From NCBI RefSeq assembly GCF_009914755.1, contig NC_060942.1: 64,000 nucleotides of DNA; one strand, 5' to 3'. The position numbers and the translations under genes were made by a program. The DNA is from the human T2T-CHM13v2.0 reference genome, Homo sapiens. Shown here one piece after another: positions 13,870-28,164 of the stretch (position 1 is the first letter of the stretch; the number at the start of each line of letters is the position of its first letter). The notes below the pieces were generated by a model. It was not told the origin of the DNA. It made no database searches and saw only the letters and a program-made list of their open reading frames with translations.

Positions 13870-14850
13870 TTATTTTCAGCTTTATTGAAATGTAATTGAC
13901 AAATAAAAGTAGTATTATATTTAATATGTACAATGTGATGTTTCGGTGTAGGTATACAATCATTGTGAAATGATTACCACAATCAAGCAAATTAGCATGT
14001 TCATTATCTCAGATAATTTCTTGTGTGTATGTGATGAGAACATTTAAGATCTGCTCTCTTACCTAATTTCAAGCTTACACTACAATATTGTTAAATAAGT
14101 CACTAAGCTGTACACTATGTCTCCGGCAATTATTCGTCTTGCATAACTGAAACTTTGTATCTTTTGACCAACATCTCCCTGTTTCCCCAGACCACTCCCA
14201 GCCCTCTGGTAACCACCATTCTATTGTCTGATTTTATAAGTTCAACTTTTTCAAATTCCATATATAAGTGAGATCATGCAGTATTCATGTTTCTGTGCCT
14301 GGCTTATTTCACTCAGCATAATGGCATAATGTCTTCCAGTTTCGTTCATGTTGTCTCAAATGACAGTTTCCTTCTCTTTGTAGGATGAATAACATTCCAT
14401 TGTATGTTGCATGTATGTGTGTATCACATTAGTAAATCCATTCATTTGTCAAGCTTTGGTTGATTCCATATCTTGACTATTGTAAATAATGCTGCAATGA
14501 ATGTGGAATGTAGATACTTCTTTGAGACTGAAACACTGATATCATTCCATTTGGCCATATAACCAAAAGTAAGATTGCTGGATCATGTTTTTAATTTTTT
14601 AAGGAACATTCATCATGTGTTTCATAATGTCTATGCCAAATTGCATTTTCACCAAGAGTGTTCAAGGATTTTCCTTTCTTCATATCTTCACCAACACATT
14701 TCTTTTGTCTTTTTAATAATAGTAATTTAACAAGTGTGAGGTGATTTCTCACAGTGGTTTTGATTTGCATTTCCCAGATGAATAGTGATGTTGACCTTTT
14801 TTATATAAGTGTTGGCCATAGGAATGTCTTCTTTTGAGAAGTATTTGTGG
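13870..14850 (-). mobile_element. L1MA8/9-like 3' end
   Basis: GCTTTATTGAAATGTAATTGACAAATAAAA...CTGGTAACCACCATTCTA...AAGTGAGATCATGCAGTA...TTTGATTTGCATTTCCC. Confidence 0.88.
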
Positions 14851-15359
14851 AGTTTTGGAAAGTTGCAGACTAGCAGAAACTTCATAGCAAAGAGCATAAA
14901 AGTCATCAGTCAGTGACTAGGTATGCTATTTATTAGAAGTATTCAATGAATTTTGTAGAATAAATAGATTAATTGGATTTGTTACACTAAGGCATCATGC
15001 TCCATTTACCCTGCGAGTCGGCTTCCATCAGCAGCATCAGATGTTGTTTTAGAGTTGCAGGAATATCTATCACAATGACAATTTAGAGATTAGCTTTATT
15101 TGTGAAAAATACCAATTTCTATTAAAGCCCATTATACACTGTCATCATTGATTTGCCTAAAACTTTATTAAAAACATTCAGGTAGACCTTATTCTGGTGT
15201 GTAATATAAACTTTTTATTAACACCAAATTTATCACTTAAAAAATGTTGGGTGAGGTTTCTCTGGGTAGAGCAGTTTGTGATTGTCAATTGTATTTTATT
15301 TTCATCCCATACAAGAATTTTCAGCCTCAATTCCCACCCCTAGTATTCAGTCTTCAGTC

Positions 15360-15900
15360 AATCACTAATTCATTTAATTGATTGTCAATCATTCAATAAA
15401 CGCCTGTTAGATACCATTATGTGCCATGCATCATTATAGGTGCTAGGGACAGAGTAGTGACAAAACATGCAAAAATCTCTGCTTTTATGAGGCCATTCTG
15501 ATGGGGAAACAGACAATAAACTAAATTAAAATAAGTGTGTTTGTAACACACACACATACACACATATTCATTTATCTGTCTATATGTCTATCATCTGTCT
15601 ATCTATTCTATATATCAAATCATGCCAGACCATATAAAGTGCTAACGAGAAAATAAAGCATAGATGAGTAAAAAGAATTTTGTGTGTGTGGCAGAAGAAG
15701 GATAATGGTGGTAGGCAGGTTGTAGTTTTTGATATGGTGACCAGGAAAGGTGGATATTTGAGTGAAGGCATAAAGAAAGTGAGAAAGCAATATGTGTGAC
15801 TATCTAGAAGAGGAGCTTTACAGGTAGACGAATCAGCAAGTGCAAAGATCCCAAGACTGGGGTATGCCTGGTACATCCACAGACCAGAGGCAATACCAAC
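15360..15900 (-). mobile_element. L2 3' end with embedded (CA)/(TCTA) repeats
   Basis: CATTCAATAAA...TATGTGCCATGCA...AGGTGCTAGGGACAGAGTAGTGA...CAGCAAGTGCAAAGATCC. Confidence 0.75.
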
Positions 15901-16280
15901 ATGAAGACCACGGAGGTTTGCTTGAACCTGTGGAGTCAAAGATCTCTTTCTTTGTCTGTCACCTGCAGTTTCCTTCATCATGACTTTCTTGAGTCACAAA
16001 GGCCAGGACTGCAAGACTGCATTCTGGTTTTGAAGAAGAAATATTAACACTTGGAATTTAGTTCAGTTTCTTTCCCTTGGAAGCCCAGTAATTTTTAGTT
16101 ACCCATGTCTCCCCAATCATCCCTTATCCAACAACTTTATGATGTAAGTTCTCCTTAAAGTTTGCATAGTTCAAAATGTTTTTGACCTCTTCAAATGTTA
16201 TATACTATTTGTCAGTGTTAAAGAGTTATGCATCTGCTTCCAAAAAGGCAACTGACCTTCATAAAGGAAAGATTTGCTAT

Positions 16281-17009
16281 TAAGAGGTGAAGCCGGCCGG
16301 GCTTCTGGGTTGGGTGGGGACTTGGAGAACTTTTCTGTCTAGCTAAAGGATTGTAAACACACCAATCAGTGCTCTGTGTCTAGCTAAAGGTTTGTAAACA
16401 CACCAATCAGCACTCTGTAAAAACGCACCAATCAGTGCTCTGTGTCTACCTAAAAGTTTGTAAAAGGACCAATCAGCACTCTGTAAAAATGGACCAATCA
16501 GTGCTCTGTAAAATGGACCAATCAGCAGGATGTGGGAGGGGCCAAATAAGGGAATAAAAGCCGGCCACCTAAGTCAGCAGAGGCAACCCACTTGGGTCCC
16601 ATTCCATGCTGTGGAAGGTTTGTTCTTTTGCACTTCACAATAAATCTTGCTGCTGCTCGCTCTTTGGGTCCGCACCACCTTTATGAGCTATATCACTCAC
16701 TGTGAAGGTCTGCGGCTTCACTCCTGAAGTCAGCAAGACCACGAACCCACCAGGAGGAACAAACAACTCTGGACGCGCCACCTTTAAGAGCTGTAGCAAC
16801 CACTGCGAAGGTTTGTGTCTTCACTCCTGAAGTCACGCCAGACCACAAACCCACTGGAAGGAAGAAACTCCAGACACATCTGGACATCTGAAGGAACAGA
16901 CTCAGGAAACAATCTTTAAGAACTGTAACACTCACCGCCAGGGTTCATGGCTCCATTCTTGAAGTCAGCCAGACCAAGAAGCCACCAGAAGGAACCAATT
17001 CCGGACACG
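16281..17009 (+). mobile_element. Solo LTR12-family (ERV9/HERV9) LTR
   Basis: Starts TAAGAGGTGAAGCC (consensus TGAGAGG...), has CCAATCAG tandem repeats, AATAAA near 16639, three U5 repeats (CACTGTGAAGGTCTGCGGCTTCACTCCTGAAGTCAG), and ends CCAATTCCGGACAC. Confidence 0.95.
16335..16560 (+). promoter_or_regulatory. LTR12 U3 promoter: six CCAAT (NF-Y) boxes, GC-box-like element and TATA-like GGAATAAAAG
   Basis: CCAATCAG at about 16362, 16403, 16428, 16469, 16494 and 16517; GTGGGAGGGG near 16532; AATAAAAG near 16553. This matches known ERV9 LTR architecture; activity is not shown. Confidence 0.65.
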
Positions 17010-18147
17010 GTAACTGACTTCTACTTGTTCCATGAAATATTTATTATTATACTATTTTCAGACTAAGAAAACTGTTTAAATAGAGAGGATGAAAAATGAA
17101 AATTACATCAACTTAGTTTTAGCACATTGTACAGATAGAATTTTAAAAAATACTATTTGACTCTTACGTGGATTGTTTCTGCAAATAATCCCCGATTTAT
17201 ATGGATTTATTTTTCAGGGAGCACAGATGTACCCTGAATATATGCCTTCGTTACAGAAGCTTTTTGAGGTACTGGACACGTTTCTGAATTTGCTTTACCC
17301 TGAACAAACGTAGGCAACTCAAAACCTAATTCTGAACTCTGGTCTATACCATGTTATTTTTAAGATTTATGTGCGCATTTAATTAATTATAAAAGCACTA
17401 ATGAAAGGCCTGTCTCTCTATTCTATCCGTTCATACATTGTTCCGAACTCTTACAATTACTATGACTGAGAAAGATATTATATCTTGTACTATCAGCTGC
17501 CTTGTACCTCCATTTTTTTTTTACTTTACAATTGCTTTCCTGACTATAGTAAATTTATATTCATACTAGCTTTAAAATCCCTCTGTTTAGTTTCTACAAA
17601 GAGTTTATTTTTTAATTGACTTTATTAGGTTATAATTTATACAGAGTATAATAATTTTTATCACATTGTTCAACAGATTTTGCCTGTTTAACTACCCCTA
17701 CATTTAAGATAGAAAACATTTTTCATCACGCAAAAGGTTCTTTAATATCTCTTCCCAGTTAGTCACTAGCCGCTACTGGTCCTGCTACTGCTGCTCTGCT
17801 GTCTATCCTTGCAGATTAAATTTGTCTTTTTTAGTGTTTCACATTAATGGAATGACACGCATATGCTCATTTGTGTCTGGATTCTTTCATTGATTATAAG
17901 GTTTTTAGATTGATCATGTGGTTATGTCTATCCAGTTCATTATTTGTTTTTAATTTCTGAGTAGTATTTCATTGCATGCTGTATCACAATTTGTTTATGC
18001 ATTCATTTGTTGGTAGACATTGTTAGGATTGTTTTTTGACTATTATGGATAAAGCTTCGCTAGACAACCTTGTGCAAGTCTTTGTCTTATATATTTTTTT
18101 CCTCCACTTAGTGTAACTACTCTGTTGTACAAAAATGCATGTTTAAT

Positions 18148-18694
18148 GTATTATATAAACATCTTTATATAATAAATACACGTATTATATAAATACATCT
18201 TTATATAATAAATACACGTATTATATAAATACATCTTTATATAATAAATACACGTGTTATATAAATGCATCTTTATATAATAAATACACGTATTATATAA
18301 ATACATCTTTAATAAATACATGTATTATATAAATACATCTTTAATAAATACACGTATTATATAAATACATCTTTATATAATAAATACACGTATTATATAA
18401 ATACGTCTTTATATAATAAATACACGTATTATATAAATGCATCTTTATATAATAAATGCACGTATTATATAAATGCATCTTTATATAATAAATGCACGTA
18501 TTATATAAATGCATCTTTATATAATAAATGCACGTATTATATAAATACATCTTTATATAATAAATACACGTATTATATAAATACATCTTTATATAATAAA
18601 TGCACGTATTATATAAATACATCTTTATATAAAAAATACACGTATTATATAAATACATCTTTATATAATAAATACATGTATTATATAAATACAT
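18148..18694. repeat. 36-bp minisatellite (VNTR), about 15 copies
   Basis: Unit ATAAATACACGTATTATATAAATACATCTTTATATA, with two 32-bp units at ~18304-18368. Confidence 0.97.
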
Positions 18695-19035
18695 ATATAG
18701 TACATATAATATATAATATATACTGTATTTTATGAATGTATGTTTAATGCATATATTTTGTTATATATAAAAACTTTTTTCCATGTAATTTACATTTGAT
18801 TCATACTTCTGTTATAATTTATATAGAGTATATTTTTTCAAAAAAATTATATACATTTATATTTATACATTTATATATACATAAATAAATATGCATTTAA
18901 ATATATACATTTATATAAGTATATATAAATGTTTGTGTGTATGTTGTGTATGTGTTGTACACATTGTCTTCCAGTCTCTGCCTTTTCATCTTCTTAATAG
19001 TGCCTTTTATGGAGTAGAATTTTCAGTTTTACTAA

Positions 19036-19368
<333 letters not shown>

Positions 19369-22300
19369 TATTTTTTCTTTTATCATTATTTTTTCTGGGC
19401 TCTATGTAAGAAATTTTTACTTTCCTAAAGATGCAAAAATTTTCTTCTACCTTTTCTTCTAAAAACTTCACATTAGTTTTTACATTTACATCTGTGATCA
19501 CTTTTGAATGAACTTTCATTTATTCTAAGTATTGAGATTCTTTAATTTTTATATGGATATCCAGACATTCCAGTACCATTTGTCATAAAGATGCCTTACC
19601 CAATTAAATTACTTTGGCATCTTTATTGAAAATCAAATAACCATGTAGGGATGGATGTATTTTGGGATCCTACTCTGTTGCATTGATTTGTATATTCATC
19701 TTACTCCAGTAATACATTCATTATCCGATTTACTCTTTGTTTGTAGCAATTCTATGACTAAGGCAAAATCTCCAAAATTTTTTTTAGTATTGTTTTAGTT
19801 ATTCTAGACCATTTTCCTTTTCATAAAAATTCTAAAGATTGCACTGAATCTATGAAAAACTTGAGAAAAATTTTAAAAATGCTAATAATCCATGAAAATG
19901 GTATATCTGTATTAATTTAAGTTTTTTATTTCTTTTGTCAATGTTTTACAGTTACCATTGTACAGGCCAGTTCTGTAGTTATCATTATGCAGCATATTTT
20001 TGTTAAATTTAACTTTAAGTATACTTTTGGTTATTTAACTTTTAATAATTAATTGATATTAAAATGAAATTGATTTCTATATATCAATCTTGTATTCTGA
20101 AAGAGAGGGTGGAAAACTCCCTGTGCTAGTAAAGAATCAGTAATATAAATCAATTTATGTTTTTCTTTCTTCCCATCTGAGTTTTAAGACATATGCTGAA
20201 AAAGAAGTGTGGCAGTGGCTCACCACCTACGAAGAAAAATCCAAATTACTCTGTTTAAACAGGCAACCTTGAAATACGATATGCACTGGATTTGAGTTCT
20301 GTTAACTCTGTGTGAGTCACTTCTGGAGGCACGTGAGGTAATGGAGAAAGAAAGAATACCTACTCAATATTCCAGTTCTTTTATAAATTGAAAATAAAAT
20401 GATTAAACATAATATTAATTACTAATAGTTGCTAGATTGAAAATGAGCAAGTTGTGAAAAGTTATTTATGTTTTAATAAATACCAAACTTCTGAGCTTAG
20501 CATCAGGGTTACCAATCATGTTTTCTCTTGACTGCTGCTTTATTTTTCCTCTTGGAGACAGATGGCTTGGTGTCACACATTATTTTAGTGTGTTGAGGTA
20601 TGCTCCTGGTATGACTCATCTAGTTTCCTGAACCATGGCTAGTTAGCATATCTTAACTTGGCTAATGACAACAAAATTGTAACACCTTGAGAACTAGTAT
20701 TGAAATAATGGCAAAATAATAATATTTATTTCAGAAAAAAAAGAATGATGAGGATGGCTTGAGAAATGAAACAAAACAAAACAAAACAATAAACAAAAAA
20801 ACCCAGAATGTTTAGAGACTTGAAAAAGAGTTGCCTGTGCAAGCAGAAAACACACACACATACACACATAGAATGAGAAGATGGCATTGTTAGTGTTAAA
20901 GCAACAGCCAAAGCATGAACTCATGTCTACCTGCTTTTTTTAGCTCTCCTGGAGATAATTAACAAATGTAGGTCTCTCCACAGCAACACTCTTCTGTTGG
21001 CCCATGACCAACAGGTAACTACATTCCCAAAGATACTGGTCTAATTCCTTCTCCCTGACAAAAGAGCTCAGGGGAAAAGCACAGCTCGGTCTCTCTTTTT
21101 CAGTCACATCTACCTACTCCCAACAGGCTTCACCCAAACAACAAGTCCAAGGATTCTGAACAAGATGTTTTTCTTTTCAGCATGTCCAACTTGGCTCAGC
21201 CTCCCTGTAGAGCAGTTCTAGTATGATTCAGTATGATTCTGGAATAAAATCAAATGATGCTTGTTTCCTTTCTTCATCTGCTGTAAGGAAGTTTCTAATC
21301 TCACAAGGCAAATTTCTGCTTTATCTGGAATTCACATTCAAAAATTATGTCTACACCTAAAAAGTATAAAAGATGAGAGAGAGATTCCTGGACACATTGA
21401 ATGTATCCACTAAATTGATACAACAAAAAACTGAGACAGTATTATGATTGGTTCTCTAATTCGTATGTATAATGAATTAGTATTGTACTGAGTAATTCCA
21501 GGCTAAGTGGCTAAATATTTATAGTGATAATCTGTGTATATACACAGTTACTTTAAAATAAAAGCAAAATAATGGCATACACATAACTATATTTAAACAA
21601 TTCATAACATAAAATTGTCAGTCTTTTAATGCCTTTCGTAGCTCAGATGATTTCTCAAAGACCATGGCCAAAAGAAGGTCTAATTTAGGTGACACAGCCT
21701 CACTATGCGGTACCAAATTCCAGACTGCACCAGGCCACTCATCCATACCTCACTTTTCAGTAGTCAGATGCGGAATGATACATTATCATAACCAACAAGC
21801 CAACAGACTTAGCAAGCTGCTGACTTACTAGTAAATTCAAATAATCTGAGGTCAGCAAAGAGTACTTTTGGCTTGAGCAGAATATATCAGTATTTCCGAT
21901 TTTCCCCTGCACTAGAATATTATAAAACTAAATGCACCACAATGCAATAACACAAATAGAATATTTTTATTGAATTTTTGGCAAGATGTCTAAACTGCAT
22001 TTTCTTTTGCAATACATTTGTTACCATTGTTATGAATTCTGATTTTACTTAGGTGAACGTTGATTTTTACAGCAACCAATATTCTCCTTTTTCACATTTA
22101 CTCATAATCAGTATAATGGGAAAGATATTGAAATAAAATTACTGTGGAATGAGGAGTATATCACATAGTGTTCAGTATGTAGAAACAGCTTTACAATGGG
22201 TAAGCATGCCACCTTCTCTGAGCCACACTAATGCCATCCTCAAGAGATAGTAACTATGTTTGCCATATCAAAACCCAGCCTTTTAAAGTAAACATTGTTT

Positions 22301-25300
22301 TATATAGATGGCTAAGCTCTATACCATGCTCCTTAATGGAAAGAATATATGTAGGGGCAAGAGGACATACGACTTTTAATTGTGGTACTCCAATGCAGGT
22401 AGAACCACAAACAGTATTTTGCAATCTGTGTCTTTTCCGTTACATAATTTCTATCATTGAGGTGACTTTATCTTCTGACTTTGTTCAGGGCCTTGTGGTA
22501 AGCTTGCTATCAGAGCAAAAAATACATATGATGAGTGGGTCTTCTTTAACTCACTCCAGCATCACTAAAATGTTCATTGCTGATAAAATGTAGGTTATAA
22601 CCCTCTAGGAATGTAAAATCTAATTAGTATTTCTAATGATAAATCAGTAATTCAAAATAATTACTCTCTAAAGACAGACTTTTAGCCATTGTGACTAAAG
22701 ATTTTAGAAATGTCTCTTCAGATTTATCAGTATTTCTCAGATTATGTATTATTGGAGGGATTCCTTATTTGTGAATAATGTTGGCCCTACCTTCAGGACT
22801 TATGCTATGATTAAGAAAAATATCCTGTTTTGAATTTGAAATTGGAAAGGTATCTCAAAGCCTTGGCTTATCGTGCTTCTTTAGTGCCTTCTTCTCTCTA
22901 TTGATAGAGAAGCTGTCAGGTAATCTTAGAGATATGAGTAACCCCTGATTGCTTTAGAAACAATGTACAAATGATTTTACTTCATATAGTAACAAAAATG
23001 CACTCTTACCAGGACAGCTGTTGTCCTGTTCAGATCTGCCAGAACATATCCGATTTTAGCTGTTTTATGTAACTATCTTAATTAGTCAAAGCACTGTTGA
23101 AAAGTCTCTGACTCTTCTTGGCAATCCATCCAAACTCTTCATATGGCCCAATAAATGACATATCTGCTACTTTTAAGTTAGCAGATTTCCTTCACTGGCC
23201 TCTGTTCTCAAGAAAACGATCTGAAGCCATCGGATCCTGTTATACTATGGGGAAAAGAAGGAAATTCAAACACATACATTCTTATTATCATTGTCATCAA
23301 ATTGTGCGGACACATTTTAAAGAGGTTAAAATCGACTTTCTATACTTGGTTCAAGTACGTGATGTCATATGAAATACTCGTTGTTTTTTTGTTGTTGTTG
23401 TTGTTGTTTTTATAAACTGGGGAGACTTGATATAGCCTGTTCTTTAAAGTCAGCAACTAAGCCATTCCGTGAAAGTTAGAGTTCTGAACCATGTTTATGG
23501 TGAGAGCAGTGTTAAGCAGGTGATAAGTGTTTATGTATCTGTATTATTCAATTAATAATTTTAAGTATTAAGGGTAAAAAAGTGAAGTAATGGAGTTGAA
23601 AAAAGATCATTTTAGACTTCTTTGTACACATACCCCTAATTTTTTGTTTTTTATTTTTAATAGGTGAGAAAATATAAATAAAGTGCTATGTCAAAGATAG
23701 TTTTAGAAATTAGCTCATCTGCAACCAGAATTCATGTTTACTTTGTTCATCACTTGTAGCTTTCCTGGCAATCATATTCAAGTTAACATGGCATAATATA
23801 TTTTACTTTTTTATTCTCTACTTCCCATGATTGAACACTAAATAGTCCAGCTAAAATTATATTTCCAACTTAAACTGCTTTTGCTTCCCTCATTTTGTCC
23901 AGCACAGAGCTTAGTAAGCTATAAATGCTGTTTTGTATTTGTCACATAGAGTTTTTCTTGAGAAAACTGTTTAGCAATTGGAGAACTAAATGGAACCTAT
24001 TGGAATTCATGTTCCATGGTCATTCTACTTGCATTACAGACACAATGACTAAGATTTGACCCACTACTCACCTCCCAGGAGCAAGCCACTGCTTCCTGAT
24101 CATTTATCTTCACTTCATCCCTAATGATAAGTTATGATTTTATGGATTCTATGCAACTAGCATCCTGCAAGAATATCTGAGGAAATGTAATACACCTATA
24201 TTGTAACGCCCCACCAACTGTATCTTGATATTTGGATTTTTTTTTCCCTCTAGAACACCAGGGTTACTTTCATTACGAATCTTAGGAGTTTTATGGGTTT
24301 TATTATAATGTAAATCCACAGAAATTTGAGGATTAGGAAGTAAAATCATTAGTTATATCTTCAGGGGATAACTATGGTTACCTCGAAAAACCTTGTAAAG
24401 TTGTCGTAAAATGATACATAGGACATTTTAAATGGCTTATGAGAAAGAAATGCTGCCAGGCAGCACCCCTTTGGTAGCTAAGGGTATAAAACACTCTGTG
24501 TTTAGGGAAGAAGCAGTTAAATGACCACGCAAACATAAAGTGTAGTGCTTCCTGATAAACTGAAGCGACGCCATTAAAAGCTGCAATAAAAAGGGCAGAT
24601 CACTGGCCGACTAAGCATGATCACACGGGAGACTTAATCAGCTTCTTCAAATGGGTTCATTTCCCTTCCTGTGCTTTTTATAGTGTGGGCTTGAAACAAA
24701 CGAACAAAAAAATATCCATTCTGTCTTTTTCATGTCTGTAACAAAATCTGTAATTCACATTCTGATAATTCTATGATATCAATTGAATTATTGTCTTCCC
24801 AAGTCCCCAAGTGTTCCCTCAACAAAATTTTCCTTCTTCCAACATCCATATATACAAAGCTACCTGAAATCAGGTGAACCTCATGGCCTCACTGCTGATT
24901 TCGGAGCTCTGCCACTGTCCAGCAGGAATTAAAAAAGTATCTTTAGTCATGCCTTCTCCCTCAGAGCTGGTCTCAGCTTCAAAAGCTTCGACTCTGCAGT
25001 CCACCAAGATGGAAAAACCCAGCCCTGTCTTCTGTTCACCATATCTACCTCCTCCATCCCTTTAATTTGAGGACATTCCTTTTTCCTTTTTACTCTGTGC
25101 CTGCCATATATATTTTCTTCTTCTCATGATTATCTGAGTTATGTTTTTCCCACTTGAAATACTACTGGACATGGTGTATGGTATTGATTCAACCACCAAA
25201 ATCCATATACAGTATAAACATTTGAGTGTGTCAATACAGTGCTAACAATTTGATGAAGTTAATAGTAGACAAGATAAGATGCTTTGGAAAATTGACAACT

Positions 25301-27629
25301 TCTTTGAACTTTAATTTTATTCCCTTTCAAGAGAGAAAATTCCAGAGAGCTATTGTTAATATCAGTGAACGAAAATGAAAGGGAAAGTGTGGCCTATGTG
25401 TTAATGTGCCCACAGACATAAACACAAACAGGTTGTAATAGGCAGAAGGAGATTAAGAGTAATACAAAGAACACATGATGTAATTCAATGGCTTTCGTTA
25501 GATGGGATGTCTTTCTCAACCTGGGAGAAAAAAGCAAAAACAAAGACTTCTCATCCTCCAAAATGCAAGGAATTTTTATAATTTGTTATAAAATTAAGTA
25601 ATGTAACCCATAGATTACAGGTAGGGAGGAGTGAGGAGACAAATAGAAAGACAGATTAAAAAAAAAGTTATGGATTGACCTATCTTTTAATCTATTGATC
25701 AATCTATCTAGACAGATTGTTACAGAGAGAACCAAAACATGCCAGAGTACCAGAGCTATTCAGCAATGCAGAGGAAGTTCCTGACTGTTTTTTTTAAGAG
25801 CAGATGCAGAGAAGAGACCTGTTCCTACAAAACAAGTAATTTTTGTAAATTTTTCAGTTGAAATATTAAGGAAGGACAAACTTCAAACTCAAACCTTTCA
25901 CAGCTGAGTGTGGTTGGTAAAGCTAGAGAAATAGAAGTTGGCAATGCAGTAAGTAAAGACTGAACCTGGGAATTGTAAACAGAATTTACTGACAATTCTC
26001 TACAATTGTTTTACTAAGTGATCTTTCCAGCCCAGATCAACATAGAAACTCAGGGGACCATCAGCCATTGATAGCCAACCAGAATAATAGAAGAAGAAAA
26101 TTGATTGGACCGTGCTCCGTTTTGCTTAATATTTTTCTAATTTTTTGGCAAGGAATGATTCTTAGTTAATAGTTGAAATTCTGTGTCTCATACGGCTCGT
26201 TATACTTTTACTTAATCTAAATGTGGAGAAATTTGCATAGACATTTCATTGTATAGTTAAAACTCTGACAGGAATATCATTGTTGTCATGGTAAGATACT
26301 GAAAGAAAGCCTACAGATTTGGTTTCATAAATATATATGAATTTATTGAACCTTAATTGGCAGTAGTAATGCAAACGCACTAAGTGATGCCTAAATGAGA
26401 CTCTTCCAGCGCAACTTAAGTGTGGGTAATAACTATCTTAGTATGCTGTACATTACCACCATGTGATGTTGACAGTTGATACATTTATATTACACATTTT
26501 AGTTATAGCTATCATTTTAAGTATTAATATAATAGCCACATTACCCATCTTTACAAATACCAAGGGACATTAAAGATAGGTAGGAATTTAATTACATTTC
26601 TCTAGGTCTCATAGACAAAGGGGCTAGTTATAATAAGTTTTACCTTTATTCAAGATCTTGGGCACTAAATTATAAATTGGGAAGTTAGGCTGCCCTCCTA
26701 AGACAAAAATAAGATCATGTTAGGGCCAACACTGATTAAAACCACTAATCTCTATAATCTCCAGAGCTTTTCTAACTCTACTTTAATCTCTAACATGCCT
26801 TCCTAGTGTTTTATACTGACTGGAAACTATTGACACCGTGAAGTTGAGATTAAGAGGATCATTGAGTATGGCACAGAGTGAGATATTAGAGACCTATTCT
26901 AGGAGTTTACAACTGTGTTTCTCAGGGATTGTCCTTCCCCATAATCTTCTTCTCCAGGCTATTTTACCCCATGTCACCCAGGAACAGCCAAAATAAGTAG
27001 AGGTGGCAGGCCAAGTTTATCCTTAGTTTTCCAAAGCATGTAAGAATACTTTTGCTTTTGTATGTTTTCTACAATAAATTACTGAGTAAGATATTTTAAG
27101 CAAAATATTCTTTGAAAATTCTTTGGAAAACCACTGATTAAGGCTAATATTCCAATCTTTTGACTAATTGTGACCATTTCTTGCTGAGGGATCAAAGTTT
27201 TAACTGGCATTACAAATGAGACTTATTATTTTAGCTGAATTTCATATTGACACTAGCTGACATGGAGTGATATAGTTATCCTGTCTCCTATGATCTTTCC
27301 ATTTTTCATGCAATCAAAATAAAGGTTATATAAACATGTATAATAAATATACACATGTAAGAATTTGTATGTAGCTTTAATGTATGTTGTTTTTGTTTGT
27401 CCTTTATGTATTCTATATATTTAAGCTTTTCTTTATGTAAAGTCACAGTTAGATAGATTTAAATGATTCATCACAAGTTTTCCACTGAAGTGAGAATATT
27501 TACTCCAAAGGCCAAGGAAACCCTGATGAATAAGACAAAGACAGTGGATTTTGATAAGACAAGTTTGCAGCACAGTGGAGGTGGAACAGGAGAAAAACGT
27601 TGATCATTTCTTTTATTTTCTGTATTTCA

Positions 27630-28152
27630 GTGTTTTGATATCTGGGTCCTTGCTGAACCTAGGGCAACTGTGCTTCTTAGGGATAGCTAGTTCTTTGTGA
27701 TTGCAAACAACTACCAGTGAGTACGCTTTCAAATGTGAATTGACCAATCCAGAACCCATACTCCACTACCTACTCTGTAGAGCTCTCACACCTGGTCCAT
27801 GAAATACTTTCCTTAATCACTCCAGGGTTGCATACCAGACAACAAGGTACATCCCATATGTCCTCGAGCCTGTAGAAATTATTCAAACTAACCAATTTAA
27901 AGCCGGTTTACCCTGTCTTTCCTATTCTTTCCTGCAGAAATCACAATAAGGCCTCTTGCCCATACTTTCCCGTTGTTCATCTGACCCCTGACTGACTCTG
28001 CTACTTACCTCTGTGGTCCTCATTCATGACATGCCATGCCTCTTGTTTCTAGGAAATAGAAGTAAATGTGCTCATTTATGACAATCATTACTGTATCTGT
28101 ACATCTTACTTACCATACCGAAATAAAACAAATTCTGGGTACCCTTAAAACT
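27630..28152 (+). mobile_element. ERVL-type solo LTR (MER73/MER74-like)
   Basis: TGTTTTGATATCTGGG...GACCAATCCAGAACCC...AAATTATTCAAACTAACCAAT...CACAATAAGGC...CTGGGTACCCTTAAAAC. Subfamily is from memory. Confidence 0.6.
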
Positions 28153-28164
28153 GGATATAACATT

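Noticed and set aside
18148-18694. 36-bp repeat as a CRISPR array
   Set aside because: Units are head-to-tail with no unique spacers, there are no cas genes, and the context is primate DNA.
18341-18694. 117-aa ORF (MYLYNTCIYYIK)n as a repeat protein
   Set aside because: It is a by-product of a 36-bp unit without a stop in one frame; no gene context.
24994-25015. CTCF-like TGCAGTCCACCAAGATGGAA
   Set aside because: It mismatches the core spacing and the terminal GGC; too weak without a PWM scan or ChIP data.
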